The translations under genes and the position numbers were made by a program. DNA of 64,000 bases from Dicyema japonicum (taxonomy: Eukaryota; Animalia; Dicyemida). Under the pieces are notes generated by a model. The model was given only the letters and a program-made list of their open reading frames with translations. It had not been told where the DNA came from and made no database searches. Position 1 is the first letter of the stretch. Each line of letters begins with the position of its first letter. Shown here piece by piece: positions 38,364 to 51,911 of the stretch. The stretch spans positions 408,369 to 472,368 of the forward strand of contig RDEW01000008.1 of the NCBI GenBank assembly GCA_011109175.1, given 5' to 3'.

Positions 38364-38619
38364 AATCCTTTAATAAATTGATTTATTATTTAATTTGAAT
38401 TTATTCTAAATAATTAATTTTATTTTAAATGCTCAATAAAGTTTATAAATTAAATAAAAACAATAAAAGGGAAGGTTCAAAAGCTATTTTCCTTAACGAC
38501 CTCTATTTTCACTACTAAATATCAGAATCTTGTTTAGGATGAACCTTTATGTTTTCAACAAGCCCGATGGATGAATTTATTCCATTTCTGTCGGAAATTA
38601 CGTCTATGTTTAAAAACTG

Positions 38620-39070
38620 CTCTAAGACGTGCCTCAGAGCTGTCGTCCATGCAAATTAGAATGAGATGCTAACATCCATTCAACAATATCTTTCTTCGAT
38701 TTCGAGTGGAAATCTTATTTCTGTTATACTGGATATTTCCAACCCCTTTAACCGTGTTAGACAGGATTGCCTTTTTAAAGATTGCACTCGTCTGGCATCC
38801 GAGATCTTGAAACTCGGTGCCCTGGACATTGCAATCGTCTTAGTAGACAATATTGTCCGTTCTCAAACCGTATCCAATAACTCCTTTTACTGCTTGGCTC
38901 ACTTTCTTTACCTTGACTGTCGATGATGCTACACATAATACCTCATTGTCATTGTCACGTCTTGGGTGGTCATGCTTTTGCCTTAACACCTCGGAGAAAG
39001 ATTACCAACATTTTTATGTCAGACCCAGAATTCATTTTCCTCCATTCAACAAGATTTTTCTTCGATAGCC
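38620..39070 (+). mobile_element. LINE RT fragment
   Basis: ISVILDISNPFNRV resembles the LDISKAFDRV motif. Confidence 0.5.
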
Positions 39071-39409
39071 CCCCGAGGGGCTACTTTACAGGTGATTAAA
39101 TTTCATTAAATTTAATTTGTTTTAATAATAAATAATAATTTTACTTAGTCATGTCCGTTTTCGTTAATGAGTTAAGACACCTGATTGCAGGGTAGAGGAT
39201 TTGATCGAATATTTCAGAAGAAAAAGTTTATTGAAGAGTGTCATGCACTGTATTTATTGCCTGTTGCCTATGAAAGAAGTGACGCAACGAAACATGTGGA
39301 TAAGTATTCTGGAAATGCACAAATGCAATGTGTACTAATACAAATCAACTCAATCAATTAGAAACGATAGTTGTTTTCCGGATTTAAACATATCTTTGGA
39401 TATTAAGCC

Positions 39410-39740
39410 TTATTTAATAATAATAGCCTTTTCACGAGAGCCATAGTATTTATAGCTCCGCATAGGCAAAACATACACCTTATTTAAGTAAAGAACAGTT
39501 AATTTTAGCTAATCGTAGAACCAAGGAAAATCCACTTCGATTTTCTTTTTCTTGTGTGTGGGTCCTTTCTAGACAATCCAGTTCCGCAGTGAGTACCCAC
39601 TGATGACGGCGTCACTCGTCAAACCCTTTTGGCATCGTAGATGCGTGGAACCTTCCACCAGGTGAACAGCAGCGAGAATCGAACTCGTAACATAAGTCAC
39701 TTTAGCTCGACACGTAACCACTATGCCTTATTTGATGTTG
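39410..39740 (-). mobile_element. SINE-like element: tRNA-like head plus RTE 3' tail
   Basis: A-box-like ggcatagtggtta and B-box-like gagttcgattctc (39664-39739), followed by sequence ending in the RTE tail motif at 39430-39456. Confidence 0.6.
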
Positions 39741-39779
39741 GTTCCAATTATAATTTAAAAAACACTATAACTTTTTATA

Positions 39780-40110
39780 TTTTTCGTGAAGGGGGCTACT
39801 TTACAAATGATCCTAAAATTTTTGTTACTTCTAGACAATGCTAATGTTCATTGCATAGATGAAATCTTCACATTGAATTGTTTTTTCTACCACCAAATAC
39901 AACATCGAAATTGCAACCTTTGGATCAGGGATTATAAATTCTTTAAATCAAAATATGAAAAAGCTTGAAAAGAAATTTAAGCATGATCGAAGACAATTCT
40001 GAAAATACATATGAGAGATTAAAAGAATATAAATTAATCAATTCTTTACCTTTAATTAGTGAATCGTGGAAAATGTTTTCGTCAGATACAATAAAAAATT
40101 GTTTTTACTA
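39780..40110 (+). mobile_element. pogo/Tigger DDE_1 fragment
   Basis: LLLLDNANVH...FLPPNTTSKLQPLDQGII across frameshifts. Confidence 0.75.
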
Positions 40111-40379
40111 ATGAATATTGTATATTCATTTTTTCTGCCGCTGAAAACTCAGATATGAAAACGAGCAAAATATGTGGTTCTACTCGAGGATGTTTGGTTT
40201 GTTCTGAAGTAGTTGTCCATTTCGACATTTGCGGGGACCTGGTCATTTAGACGTAGCACGTGGCCAAAGAGGCTCTATCTTGATTTGAAAATATCATCTG
40301 ACAGTACGTCGGGTTTGCATTTATTATAAAGGTCTGCATTAGAGATTTCATAGGCCAGTTGATCTTGATTACCGATTTG

Positions 40380-41050
40380 ATCTGAGTTTTGTGGAAGGAG
40401 TCAAGACGGTCCATTTCCCGTTTAGGGATTCCCCAAGTATTAGAGTTGTAGGTTAGTACCGGAATGACAAAAGCTTTGTATATTCTTAGCCTGGTGTTTA
40501 GTACTATCCTTTTCTGTGCCCCATATTGACGATATTTTTTTTTAGCAAGGATCTTCCTACGAGTAACATCTTCAGAGTCTCCTAGAAGCGAGCCAATCTT
40601 CTCTTAGCTTCTCCATAACTCGTCCGATCTCCGATCATTACGTGTAAGCGTTGTAAACTCCGTTTTTGTCTGGATTTACGGTTAAGAACCATTTCGAATA
40701 TATGTTTCAGAGTACGCTGAGCATTGCTGAAGTGTTTGAGTATCCTCAGAAACAAAGTCCAGATTGTCCGCATAACATAAATTATCTCATCATAGTTGTT
40801 TCCAATCTCTTAGTGCAGCTTCAAAATAAACAATAAAGAGGACCGGAGATAGCGATTCCCCTATGGAACTCCACGTGAAGTCGGAAAAAGTTGGAAGTAC
40901 ATTTGCCAATTTTGACAGAAAGATGACTGTTCTGCATGACCAGGCATATTATTTAACGTCGTCTGGGTGAAGTAAACTCTTCAGAACTTCCATAAGTTTT
41001 CCCCTGTGTACCGAATCGAATGCACTGGACATATAAATGCAAAGTATTTC
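40380..41050 (-). mobile_element. RTE RT fragment
   Basis: SAFDSVHRGKL, GVP*GESLSPVLF, YADN; homologous to 36700-37400. Confidence 0.75.
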
Positions 41051-42091
41051 AACAATCCACTTAACCATGAAATTTTTAATTAAAAAAACCTTTCAAAAAT
41101 CAACCACAACGAGTAAACTAATTTAAGAAATCATATTAAAAGCAAGAAATGAGATGGTTGCTGAGAGGGATTATATTGACATAACCCGGAGGACACAGAG
41201 AAAGAAGGTAATAGTAATATGATCCGGGTGCCAGTTATCAAACCTGCCATGTTCATTCTGTAATCATTGATAGACCTCATTGCTTCCCGAAAGTGTCTGC
41301 ACTGAGCACAGGAAAAAAAAGGCAAGGCGATGAGGGGAATCAGGATCAACTAATTGGTTCGGTCGCTATTACTTTTTTCTCTGTGTTTCATGAGGTTCTT
41401 TAAGTAAAAAAATTAAACTATAAAAATATTAAAGTTCTACTTTATTGGTTTTGTAATCGATTAAGTAGTTTATCCTTAAAATGTTTACATTTTCTAATAA
41501 CATTTAATCTTGCAATCAATAAATGTAAGTGGTTGGTAGAACACATTAGCATGCACAACTGAAAGTATGAAATTAAATTCAAAAAAAGCTATATCTCATT
41601 TTAGTATTAAGTTCAAACAAAGGGTTTTATTTTAATTATGTAACCAGAAACATGGGTAGCCAGTCGAGCGTGCAAACCTCACATTCAGAGATATAATATA
41701 TCATTTTCTAGGAAACAAATTGAGTATTGATTTTTGTGATTAAATAATAAAATATGTGATTATTAATTTTAAATTCCATAACTCAGCATGAATCAACATT
41801 AATTAAAATTCCCAAACCAATACCTCATGTAATATTAAATAAACCAGTAGATTAATGAGAACCAAAATATCAAATTTTCAATAAACCTCAGTATTTAATG
41901 ATCCAAACCTGCCATCAAATTTGATACTAATAAATCTCCTAACATGAGCCGATCCATGGGCGTGACTGACATTTGCCACCCATCACTTAACAGCCTAAAC
42001 CCCTATGACTAAGCCTAACAGGATGAATAATGATAGCTTTGGTGGTAAAATCCACATGTAAAATATGCCACAGTCACAATAAACAAATAAA

Positions 42092-44261
42092 TTAAATAGA
42101 ACGACAGTTAATACATAAAAGTTTGTAATCCCATGAGAACCACCTATTTCCTACGCAGTTACTGCATATATTTGACCCACATTTACTATATTTAAGCAAG
42201 AATTATGAACCAGCAATGTCCAGCAAACGATTCGAATTTCCTAGTACACACATAACACAATGTATCCAACTCAAAATCTAATGGGTGATCACAAATGTCA
42301 AAATCACTCACCGATTGAAGTGACAAGTTGGAAAGCTGGCCAGTTACAAATCACAGCATACAGATGAGAACCTGTCACTCTGCATCGAAGTCACGTTTGG
42401 AGTATAACTGAATGAAGCTAATCCGTCAAAATCAACAAAGAGTTTAAAATCCTTAGTTTTTGCTAATTTGTGGTCTTTATCACAAAAATCGAATGGTAAT
42501 CTAACAGGATTATGTTCTTCCACAGGACGGGAAGAAATGTCCAAACTGCGAGAAGAGTCGAAGTAAAATCTCTTCCAAAACTGAAAGCCTCTCTGATTTG
42601 ACAAAATCACATTCTTTGGAGATGGAGGTTCCGAGGAAAATCGAGAATTCACAAACGAGGGGTCATCCGCCTCAAATACGACCAAATACAAAACGGTCCA
42701 TCATTAATCCCCAACGTTTCTCTCTCGTAAGCAGAATTATACAAAAAATCTCCAAAAAATGACGAATACACGTGCTGAATCAGACGAACCTAAAATGGTA
42801 AGGACAGATCAACCAAAAATTCTTCATTGAACTCGAAGTAGTCTGGAAATTCAGTCATTAGTTGGTAGACACACTCAACCCACTGAAGGAAAATAGGGGA
42901 TCGCTCCTCCCTGTGCTCCAAATTGTCATACGTAGTGTCACACCTTGTTCCGAAACAATGTCCGTGAAGAATCCACTCCTTCTCCACCAAAACATGAAAT
43001 CCCTAAGCTAAACTTTCAACCATACTTTAATCGTGCGGTAGAACGGATCCATCTGCAGCTGAACCAAAGAAGAAATCTGAGCCGTTCTGTCCCAGCCGTC
43101 CGAACAGTGGACAAGGAGAGATCGGTTGTGGTCCAAGACCTCCAACACACACTGATTGGCCCCGTTCATGATTCCTTCAATTGTTTGAAGCCATTTACAG
43201 CCATCCAGACCAGTCAGCTTATCCCTAAACTAAGTTTGGGAGTTACAGTGGCTGTTCATGTCCCACAAATCTGCTGGCTTCAGAACGCATTTTCCGCGCG
43301 TATAGACGAACTGTGTGAATGTTGGGGATTCCAAGGAACATGACAGGGTGAATTTTATAGAAATCTACGTTAAAGTGAAAATTACTGTCATATTCCCGTC
43401 CACCTCCACGTGCTCGGTTTATTTCAGCCCCACTGTAGGATCGGCAGTCAACAATACGGATTCCATGGTCGGATTCACACAGTTCCGAAACTACTGATAT
43501 GTAGTCTTCGTCTTCAGTACATCTTCTACCCATAAGACCATATCGTGGTTGAGAACACCGCATCATCACAGCATCATTCCACGGACACCTTATTGTGAGG
43601 GTAGTAGATACCGCCAAACGACGGATGGTAGTCTCATTTTCGTGCGAAAGTCAGTCATTTTGGTTAAATCCTCATCAGAAATGCTTGCGGGAACCAAAAT
43701 GGTCCGCGGATATGTTGGAGTCAGTTCATATTTCCGATTCGCTTTGGAAATCCTCCATTTTGTGCCAGATCTATAGTCAAAACCGAGTCGTTTTATCTCC
43801 CATTTCATTATATCAGGAATAACTGCAATTAGCCGATAAAAAAACCCCTACGAATTCCGAGAGACTCCCTCATCCACTGATTCCTGGTCTTTAAAGGTCC
43901 ACATAGCTTTGATGAACTCTCCTGTATGAGAGAAGCTGGTCTAGGACAGTCTGACTGAGTCCTGTCAAAACAGTCCTTGATTTTTTCAACGAGAGAAGAA
44001 CTTTTGAAGTAAATTCTGAGGAGTGATTGAAAGAGAAAACTTCATTTCCATCAGATCGTAACGTTTGAGGAAAAGTTGTCTTTGTGTGACATTGGGAGTG
44101 TAGGTTTTGATCATTCTGCGAAAGAGAATAACCCATTGGTCGTCCACCAGACAGAGAAGTCGGTAGTTTGTGACAACAACCACCTCATTTTCCACGACTG
44201 AGCACAACTGGAGCTTTTCTCCGGGGAGCAGAATGTCGTCCACCAGTTTGTTTACTTCCAT
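42092..44261 (-). CDS. MTMR3: Myotubularin-related phosphatase, MTMR3/4-like (PH-GRAM, PTP, C-terminal FYVE-like)
   Basis: TYPRTILVP, RCSQP, FLGIPNIH, active site VHCSDGWDRTAQ, EKEWILHGH, SPIFLQW, FEFNE; terminal CVMC...HCCKCG..ICSNC...CINC; 10 introns of 21-34 nt; one frameshift near 42675. Confidence 0.88.
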
Positions 44262-44911
44262 ATCTGTGAATAAAGGTCTGATTGATTATATAATACAGCA
44301 GAACTGATCAATATTATAAGTAAGCGGGATTAAATTATGCAATACAAGGCAATAGCAAAATAGAATTTCAACCGCAATAACACGTTAAGTACTATTATGT
44401 GCTACTTGTGTATTTTAAACGGTTTAAATTTGATTAACCATAATAATTTTATATTTTATATTAATTAGTTCTTTTAAATTTCAATAAATAATGATTTATG
44501 AATTTATATGGGGAGTTTTAATTATCTATGATCCCAGCTAAGATACACTTATTTAAGAAATATATAGGGATTAACTAAAAACTCTGAATTTTAAGATATC
44601 CTCCAAGTTACCAAAATAGGGAATATTGAGAGATCGATGAATTCGGCATTAAGAATGTATTTATAGAACAAGAGTGACCGAACAATATTGATCGGTTTAT
44701 TTTGGTGACTCCAATCTTAGCAAAATAATAATCTATTTTTTTTGTTTCCAAAGTCAAATAATCGCTGGTTATTTCAAATTTAGAGGATTAATGAAATTAA
44801 GTTACATCGATTTTCAAAAAAATAAATTCTTATTTTTCATAGACAAGTGAAAATCATGAAATTAAAAATTTTATTTTATAATTATTTTTAAAATTCAAAT
44901 TTAATAATATA

Positions 44912-46066
44912 ATGGAGCATGGCGCTGGAAGGCTTAAGTTGTTATCTTTCTCAACTCTCAAATACTTTAATGTACCCGATGAAGATAAATGGGGACTGTG
45001 CAGGTCAATAAACAAATTCGAGATACTCAACACTATTGGAGAGGGAGCCTATGGAGTCGTTTATAGGGCCATCAACAGGAGAAGCAGAGAGATTGTCGCT
45101 CTGAAAAAGGTGAAAATGAATCCTGGTGGACAACCTGTCGTGGGAGTTCCAGTCACAGCCTTACGGGAGATAAATATACTTCTGAACCTCCAACATGAAC
45201 ATCTAGTGAACTTCAAAGAGGTCTTTGTGGACCATGACATGTCTTCAGTTTACCTAGCTATGGAATTTTGCGAGCACGACCTTTCCTCAGTATGTGACCA
45301 TCTCAATCGTCCATTTGACGAATCCCAAGTCAAATGCGTTTTCCTGCAGGTAATGAATCTGTTAATTTAAGGTTCTGTCTGGATTACGTTTCCTGCACAT
45401 AAACTATGTCATCCACAGGGACCTCAAGTTGTCCAACCTCCTTATGACGAGCAAGGGCAGGGTAAAGATAGCCGATCTCGGACTGTCTCGTGTGTACCAG
45501 TTGCCTTTGACACAAATGAGCCCGAATGTGGTCACCTTGTGGTACCGGTCTCCTGAGATTCTCCTGGGGGCTTCCCATCAGACTACTGGGATCGACATTT
45601 GGGCGGCGGGGTGCATTCTTGCGGAGCTCCTTTTGTGGAGGCCATTTATGCCTGGGAGGTCTTGAGTGTGATTCAATGCTTTTTATCTCTTAGAACTGAA
45701 ATCGAACAGATTGATCTCATTATAAAGCAGTTCGGGTCTCCTACCAGCAAGATCTGGCCACATATGGACGACCTTCCACTTATGAAGAAGTTTTCTCTTC
45801 GACAACAACCTTACAACACCATGAAGGAGACTTTCCCCAAGCTTTCTGAGGCTGGTTTGGATCTTCTGAACTCGATGTTCACGTATGACCCCCGGAAACG
45901 AGTGACAGCGTCGATTTGTGCGGATTCTGACTACTTCAAGGAACCTCCGTTGGCGTGTGACTCAGATTTTTTGCCAATTCTCCGTGACTACAGATCCACA
46001 AACTCGTCAAGTGACTCCAGGCATATTGAACATGGGCCTGCTAAGTTTTATAAACTCGGTCATTGA
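44912..46066 (+). CDS. CDK10: Cyclin-dependent kinase 10
   Basis: [55 protein letters not shown]; introns of 22 and 35 nt; intact. Confidence 0.9.
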
Positions 46067-46629
46067 TTTTCTTTGTTTTTTTCAATTTGGTGTCTTTTTG
46101 TTTTTACCATTTTAATTTTTTTGTTATTAATTATGGTAGCCAACCAGAATAGACTTGTGTCTTTTGTCAGTTGTCCTTTTTTGTTGTTAAACCGTTGTAT
46201 GTCGGACAAGATTTTTTGAAGTCTTAACTCTAAATACTTGTGTCTTATGAATAATATTTATGAACTCTTAGACACATTTTTTAAGTAAGCGGTTTTGTTA
46301 GTCAGTATGTACTTTTCTACAGCTTATCTGTTGCCATGTTAATCACTTTTATATTAAGTAGAACAATTCAATGTTTTGTTGAAACATGGATTATCTGACA
46401 ATCCTTTTAAATTTATATGGAAATGATTTTTACATAAATATTTTGGAATTTCAAACATTAGACATAACATAAGTATACTAATTATTCAGAGGTATTTAAG
46501 GGGTTGACAATAATGCGCATTTCCTTACAGATCAGTGGAAATCCGTTGTCAATTCTGAGAGTTGTTGACTTTGTGTTTATTAATAAATTGTTATAATTGA
46601 TTATTGCTATTGATTGAATTTTCAATGAC

Positions 46630-47200
46630 ATTTTTTGGTGAGCATCAATTATTATTAAAAATTAAAAATCACTGACATATTAAATAACTACATAGCCGTT
46701 GGGTGATTCCGGCCGCCTCGAGTAGCCATCTCATTCTTGCTCTGTGTTCTTTTCGGGTTCCAACGCATTTCCGGATTGGGCGGGGGTTTCTAACTTTTTT
46801 GGAAGGTAGTATGGCTCCGGTTTTCCTCACTAATTCCTCAAAAGGTGTAGGGTTTAGAAGTGTCCAAGAAAACCTTTGCAAAGCCTTACTGGCCATTTTT
46901 TGAAAAGTATTGATTTTTTCTATATTCCTGTTTGATAGGTTGGTTCCCCATGCAGCACACCCGTAAGACGGTTGAATATACTGCACGTAGAGCGAGTCCA
47001 AGTTTAAGTTGAAACACTCATTATATTGTCGAAGGAGTGTTTTAACAAAATTTAGCTTTCGTTGTGCCGAAGAGATGACGTTGTCGATGTGTTTGCTGAA
47101 GGTCAAGAGTGGGTCGTAAGTTACGCCCAGTATCTTGACCGAGTTGGTCGTGGGGAATGAGATTCCATTTATGGTTACACATGGAGCGGAGTTTGTCAAT
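46630..47200 (-). mobile_element. LINE 3' fragment
   Basis: VKILGVTYDPLLTFSKHID...CAAWGTN...PTPFEELVRKTG; AT-rich tail. Confidence 0.8.
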
Positions 47201-48079
47201 CTTCTGTTTGTTGTGAAAATTGTTGTATAAGACTTTTCGGACTTGTATGTAAAATGTTCAGATCGTCCAATGAAGCTTGTATCCGGTAAGCAGCAGTATT
47301 AACGCACTGGTCTTTGACTGCGACTGAGAAAGTATGATTTTTTATCGAAAGAACTGGAATCAATACACCATGCGAAAGTGAGGATTGTCCCAATAATACT
47401 GACTTGAGATGGATTGATAACCTCACATTCGCGGGAACATTCCAGATCTCTAAACATAAGCGAAATAACCTATACGTATATTCAATCATTGGTTAAACGT
47501 AAAACTTTTGAGTCGATGATTGTTTCATACAGGAATAAGACCGGTTTTGTCCAAAGAACTCAGGAGCTAAAGAAGAAAATAAATAATATCTAGATGGATA
47601 ACAAAGACTCTCAGGACAACGGACAAGCAACTGGATTGTTCAGAACCGATATTTGTGATGACTTAGAGAGTGGTGGAGAACTGAAACACTAAATTGCTCG
47701 AAGAAAAGGCGTTTTTGATAAAAAGAAATATTTCTAACTAAATTATGAACATTAATTTTGTAACAATAAATCAGTTATTAAAAAATAAATAAAACCTGGC
47801 TAATTTAAATTATTTTAAATTAATTTTTAGAATCTTTGGGGTTTGTCAGTGTTTGGAATGTTTAGGGTTATTTAAATTATTAGGGTTTTGGAGTCAAGAT
47901 TTTTTAGGTTTTAGATCATTGTTGGGAATGATATGTTTACTGTCTGAATGATAGTAATAGTGCTTTGTTAAGTTTCGATTCTTAATGGAGATTATTCAGA
48001 ATAGTGAATTATAATCTTGAATTTCTCTATTTTTATGTTTCACAGTCACCATTATAGACAACTTTGTAATCCTTGAGAT

Positions 48080-48430
48080 GTACTCTTTTCCCACCTTCTT
48101 TGAATTCTCAACAGAGTCTGGAAGATGCCATGTGCCGAAAGTCACTTGGGGATCTACTGCTATCATCTAACCAACACTACCGTTGTTTGTTGTTTGAGGC
48201 GTCTTCCGAAAATGGAACCTGGCACAACGCTACTCTAGGAGGAGTCTTGGATACCTTGGATGATGTGCTTTCTACGTATCATAAGACATTCATACAATTA
48301 ACTTTTAGACTCGCCTTATACACGAACATTCCCAGAACAACGATAGGTCCGTGCTTTCACGTGTTAAGCGGAGCACCAGGCACATACGTCCATAACATGA
48401 TACTTAAATTGGTAATAATTAATTAAGGAA
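48080..48430 (+). mobile_element. CRE-like REL-region fragment
   Basis: EASSENGTWHNA..LGGVLDTLDD resembles SGAWL...GTFLDD of the 28.6-kb element. Confidence 0.5.
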
Positions 48431-48445
48431 AAAGTGAGAAAATGG

Positions 48446-50150
48446 TTATATAGCGACCACCTGACTGAGTGAATATTCCCTCTCAGAATGGCGAGATTCG
48501 CTTAAATAACCAGCAGCGCTCATGGAGATTTCCTGATCGTGTAAAAAGTCCGATTCCTTAGACGACTCAAAAATTCCAGCGTCGCAAACGCAAGGAACCA
48601 GACGTCTAAAAGGTGTGTGGAACAAACAAAAAATCATTGGGTAGCACCAATTACTTTACCCATTTAACCTCTCGGCCTTCACAGCGGCCGAACTGGCTCC
48701 AGATGCTATCTGGGGTAGGTTGCAAGGGGCAAACGTTTCAGTGCAAGTAACAGGAGGTTTCTCGCCTTCAAAGGGTAAGATATGGTCGTTTCCTGTCACG
48801 CCTGCAAAGACCGACTAGTTCGAGCATGGAGGGGTGTCAGACAGCATTAAAATCTCGCCTAACGATTTCATTTAAGGCCATGTGTATAAGAGTTCAGCCT
48901 GCAGGGAGAGAAATGTCTACTGCGTATTCCAAGCCCTCCGAGTCTTACCGGGTCTGTGACTTGATTCCATGAGTAATCCTCGAACCGGACGTTGAAGATA
49001 CCCTTCGCCGTTCGTACGGAAAATCCCATCAACCTGTGGGAGTTGGACACACTGGGTGATGTAGGGAGCAGTCCTCAGGACAAATGAAAGTCTCTGTACG
49101 TTGAGGCTGTTCTTTAGGAGGAATAATGATGTAAGCAAGTCAAGCAGACACAGGCGGTCTAGAGTCTCTTCGAGTAACAGTCGTTTTTCATGTATAGCTT
49201 TCCCCATTGCGTACATGGTGATTGTTATCCGAGGAATATAAGGTTTTATCATGGGTGAAAATACTTTTAGGTATTAAATTCGAGAAAGATGACACAGCTT
49301 TTGAATACTTCTTTTCCCAAAGTCCACAATTGTAGACTTCGTATTTAGTGGAATTTAATTCCAGTCCAGCTTTTAACAGTCCTGGAAGTATCACCTCCAA
49401 ATCCTGGAAAATTGTATTTGGGAGTCCTCCGAGGTCTACATTATTCAGACACCATAAGAGTGAGCGCGAAAGTTTGGTGATTCTTTCGACTGCAAGACAG
49501 AACAACAGAGACCAAGGGGATATCCTTGTTGTACTCCGGAATATGAAGAAATTACGTAGTCCCTCAAAAGTAAAAAATGAAGGTAGACTATAAGATTGAT
49601 TCACAGATTCGAGAATATTAGGGAATCTTTCCATACACGCCTCCAGACGTTCTAGTTAGACAAGGACATGCCCCCAGTAATCTTCTATACTGCGGTGTAG
49701 GAATGTTCTCACTGAATGACAGCAGCCTCGCATCCCAGGCAAACACCGACACTTACTGTGTTGGGTTCAAGAATTGTGTGATGAGTGGAATAGAATGTCT
49801 GAGGGAATCATAGCAGCCAATCTCCTGAAGATTAACCCGACCGATACCGGATTACTTTGCCGCCTTTCTTATTGAAGGCTATCAAATTGGCGGAGAAAAG
49901 GACGTTATTTTATTTATTAGCCCCAAACTTACAATCTTTGGTAAGCCCAGCACAAACAGTCACAACTAATCAAGGAACCCATTACGTCTGTTTGGCCGAC
50001 CAAATGCATCTTCCAATAGTCTATTAAAAGCCTCCGAGAAGAAATGGAGAAGTAAGTCCACCCTCTTCCATTTTCGTTGCATGTCCTACTGTCTCGGTCA
50101 TCACTTCATTCTTTAGCGGAAGAGTTTTCATAATGGAAAATCTTTACCAG
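48446..50150 (-). mobile_element. CRE-clade retrotransposon, decayed RT and REL
   Basis: PVSVGLIFRRLAA, GCEAAV, QRLSFVLRTAP, WNQVTDPVRLGGLGIRS, RRLVPCVCD. Confidence 0.75.
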
Positions 50151-50409
50151 TGAATTTGGACAAGGAGAAGATAGGAGGATGTGTGGTGCAAAAGGATTCG
50201 TCGCCTCACGGGTGGGATCTGTTTGACAAGAAGTGACCTTCGATGAAAACTTCATCTTTCAGATTCTAACCCACGACAGTCTGATCCGACGTTCAGTCAG
50301 AAGGTTTCATTTATTGGGGTAATTTAACAAATTTAAAAACAATAATAAATTATATATGTGGAATCACGATAGGTTAACACATTTCTTATAAAACACTTCG
50401 CAAACTGAC

Positions 50410-50500
50410 CCCATTTAGAATGGCATCTTCATCTAAGAAGAGGAAAACTTCAATAAAGACGGGTATTTCAAGAAAAATGTAGACTATAGTACTTTTGGCT
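50410..50500 (+). mobile_element. hAT (SPIN/GTF2IRD2-like) N-terminal remnant
   Basis: MASSSKKRK...RVFQEK across a frameshift. Confidence 0.35.
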
Positions 50501-51911
50501 TCTCCTCTGTATCTTTCATTTTCACTTCCAACCGTCCATATTATCTTAAATAATTAGTCACGTGCTGGTGTTTAAGAGTTAAAAATAAAAATAGTTGAAT
50601 TTATAATGACAGTGACATTCACCATCGATTTCTAAAAACTAATCATTCAGTTAGGCAATTATACAAGTTCGGAGTCTTTAGTAACCTTGACCTATGAGCT
50701 TTTTATACACGAAATATTCTAGTAGATATTGAATTGTGTCAACTCGCTCTATTTCGCTCATTAAAGCCTGAAAATCAAAGACATCCTTACCTCATATATT
50801 CACACAATGATCCTATACGTACCTCCTCAAAACGCATCCTTGACTGATTCCTCCTACGCACACGGTAATGTTTGAACTGATTACTTTGTTTTATTTATGA
50901 TCAACCCCAAAGTTTGCACACAGGGAATATCGAAAACCGATAGACAAATAGAAAGCAAAATCTGCCTCTCTTGTGGATAAAGTGTCCAATGTGTTAAGAA
51001 GTGAAGTATTGTACAAAAGATGCTCCCTGGACCTCTGATCGGCCTTATCATGAAGAAACTGCGGAGCCTAGCATCAAAAAGGAAAGGTGAGAGATACTAA
51101 TTTCGAGGATCATGCAGACATGGCACAAAATAGGAATTATAGCAGCTATTATTGCAAATCACAGTAGGTCGAATTTCACCATTCCCTTTAGTCACATGGA
51201 ATCGTCTGAGGTAATGTACACGTCTCTGATCATGATCATAGTTGTTTGTTTCTGCTTTCAAATAAATATTAACTTTATTTTGGAAATTATTTCAAAAAAG
51301 TAAACAACTACAAATTTCTAATTATTCTTTTTTAATAATACTCAAAATTATCATTTTGTATTTGTGGTTTCTACATGCACAAAGGATTCAGTTCCTCTTT
51401 GTATTTCTTCAAATCCTAAGAAACGTCATATGATCCACCCGTCTCAGGAGACGTCCAGTGCCTGGTCGGCTTTCAAAAAAGCAAATCTCTTCCCTACTAG
51501 AATGGAAGGGGGTTCTGGCAATAGACATGAATTGGAACTGATGGTCACTGATATGTTTTAATTAGTTCTCAACCTATTTCTGGTATATTGGGTTATTAAA
51601 TAAAATTCTGCATTGGATGAGATATTCTCGATCATGTGTGAGATATTTTCAACTGTTAGCAGTCATTCGTTTGACGTTAAAAATCCACAATTAAGAATAT
51701 ATAAATATTCATAAAACCATAAATAAAAGTCATCTAGAGACTCAAGAAAACCACTCAGAAACACAACTCAAAACCAATTTCTTTGGTATAACTTCACTAT
51801 TACTGGTCATAAAATATCAGATTTACTAAGGGAGGCCTATATGGATGATTTAGATTTCGAATGACGTCATTTCACATTAAAAATAAGTAATTTTATTACA
51901 AAACAATAATA

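Noticed and set aside
39664-39739. Functional tRNA gene
   Set aside because: Anticodon and D stems do not pair; treated as a SINE head.
47820-47960. Telomeric TTAGGG repeats
   Set aside because: Only two isolated hexamers in a strand-skewed region, not an array.
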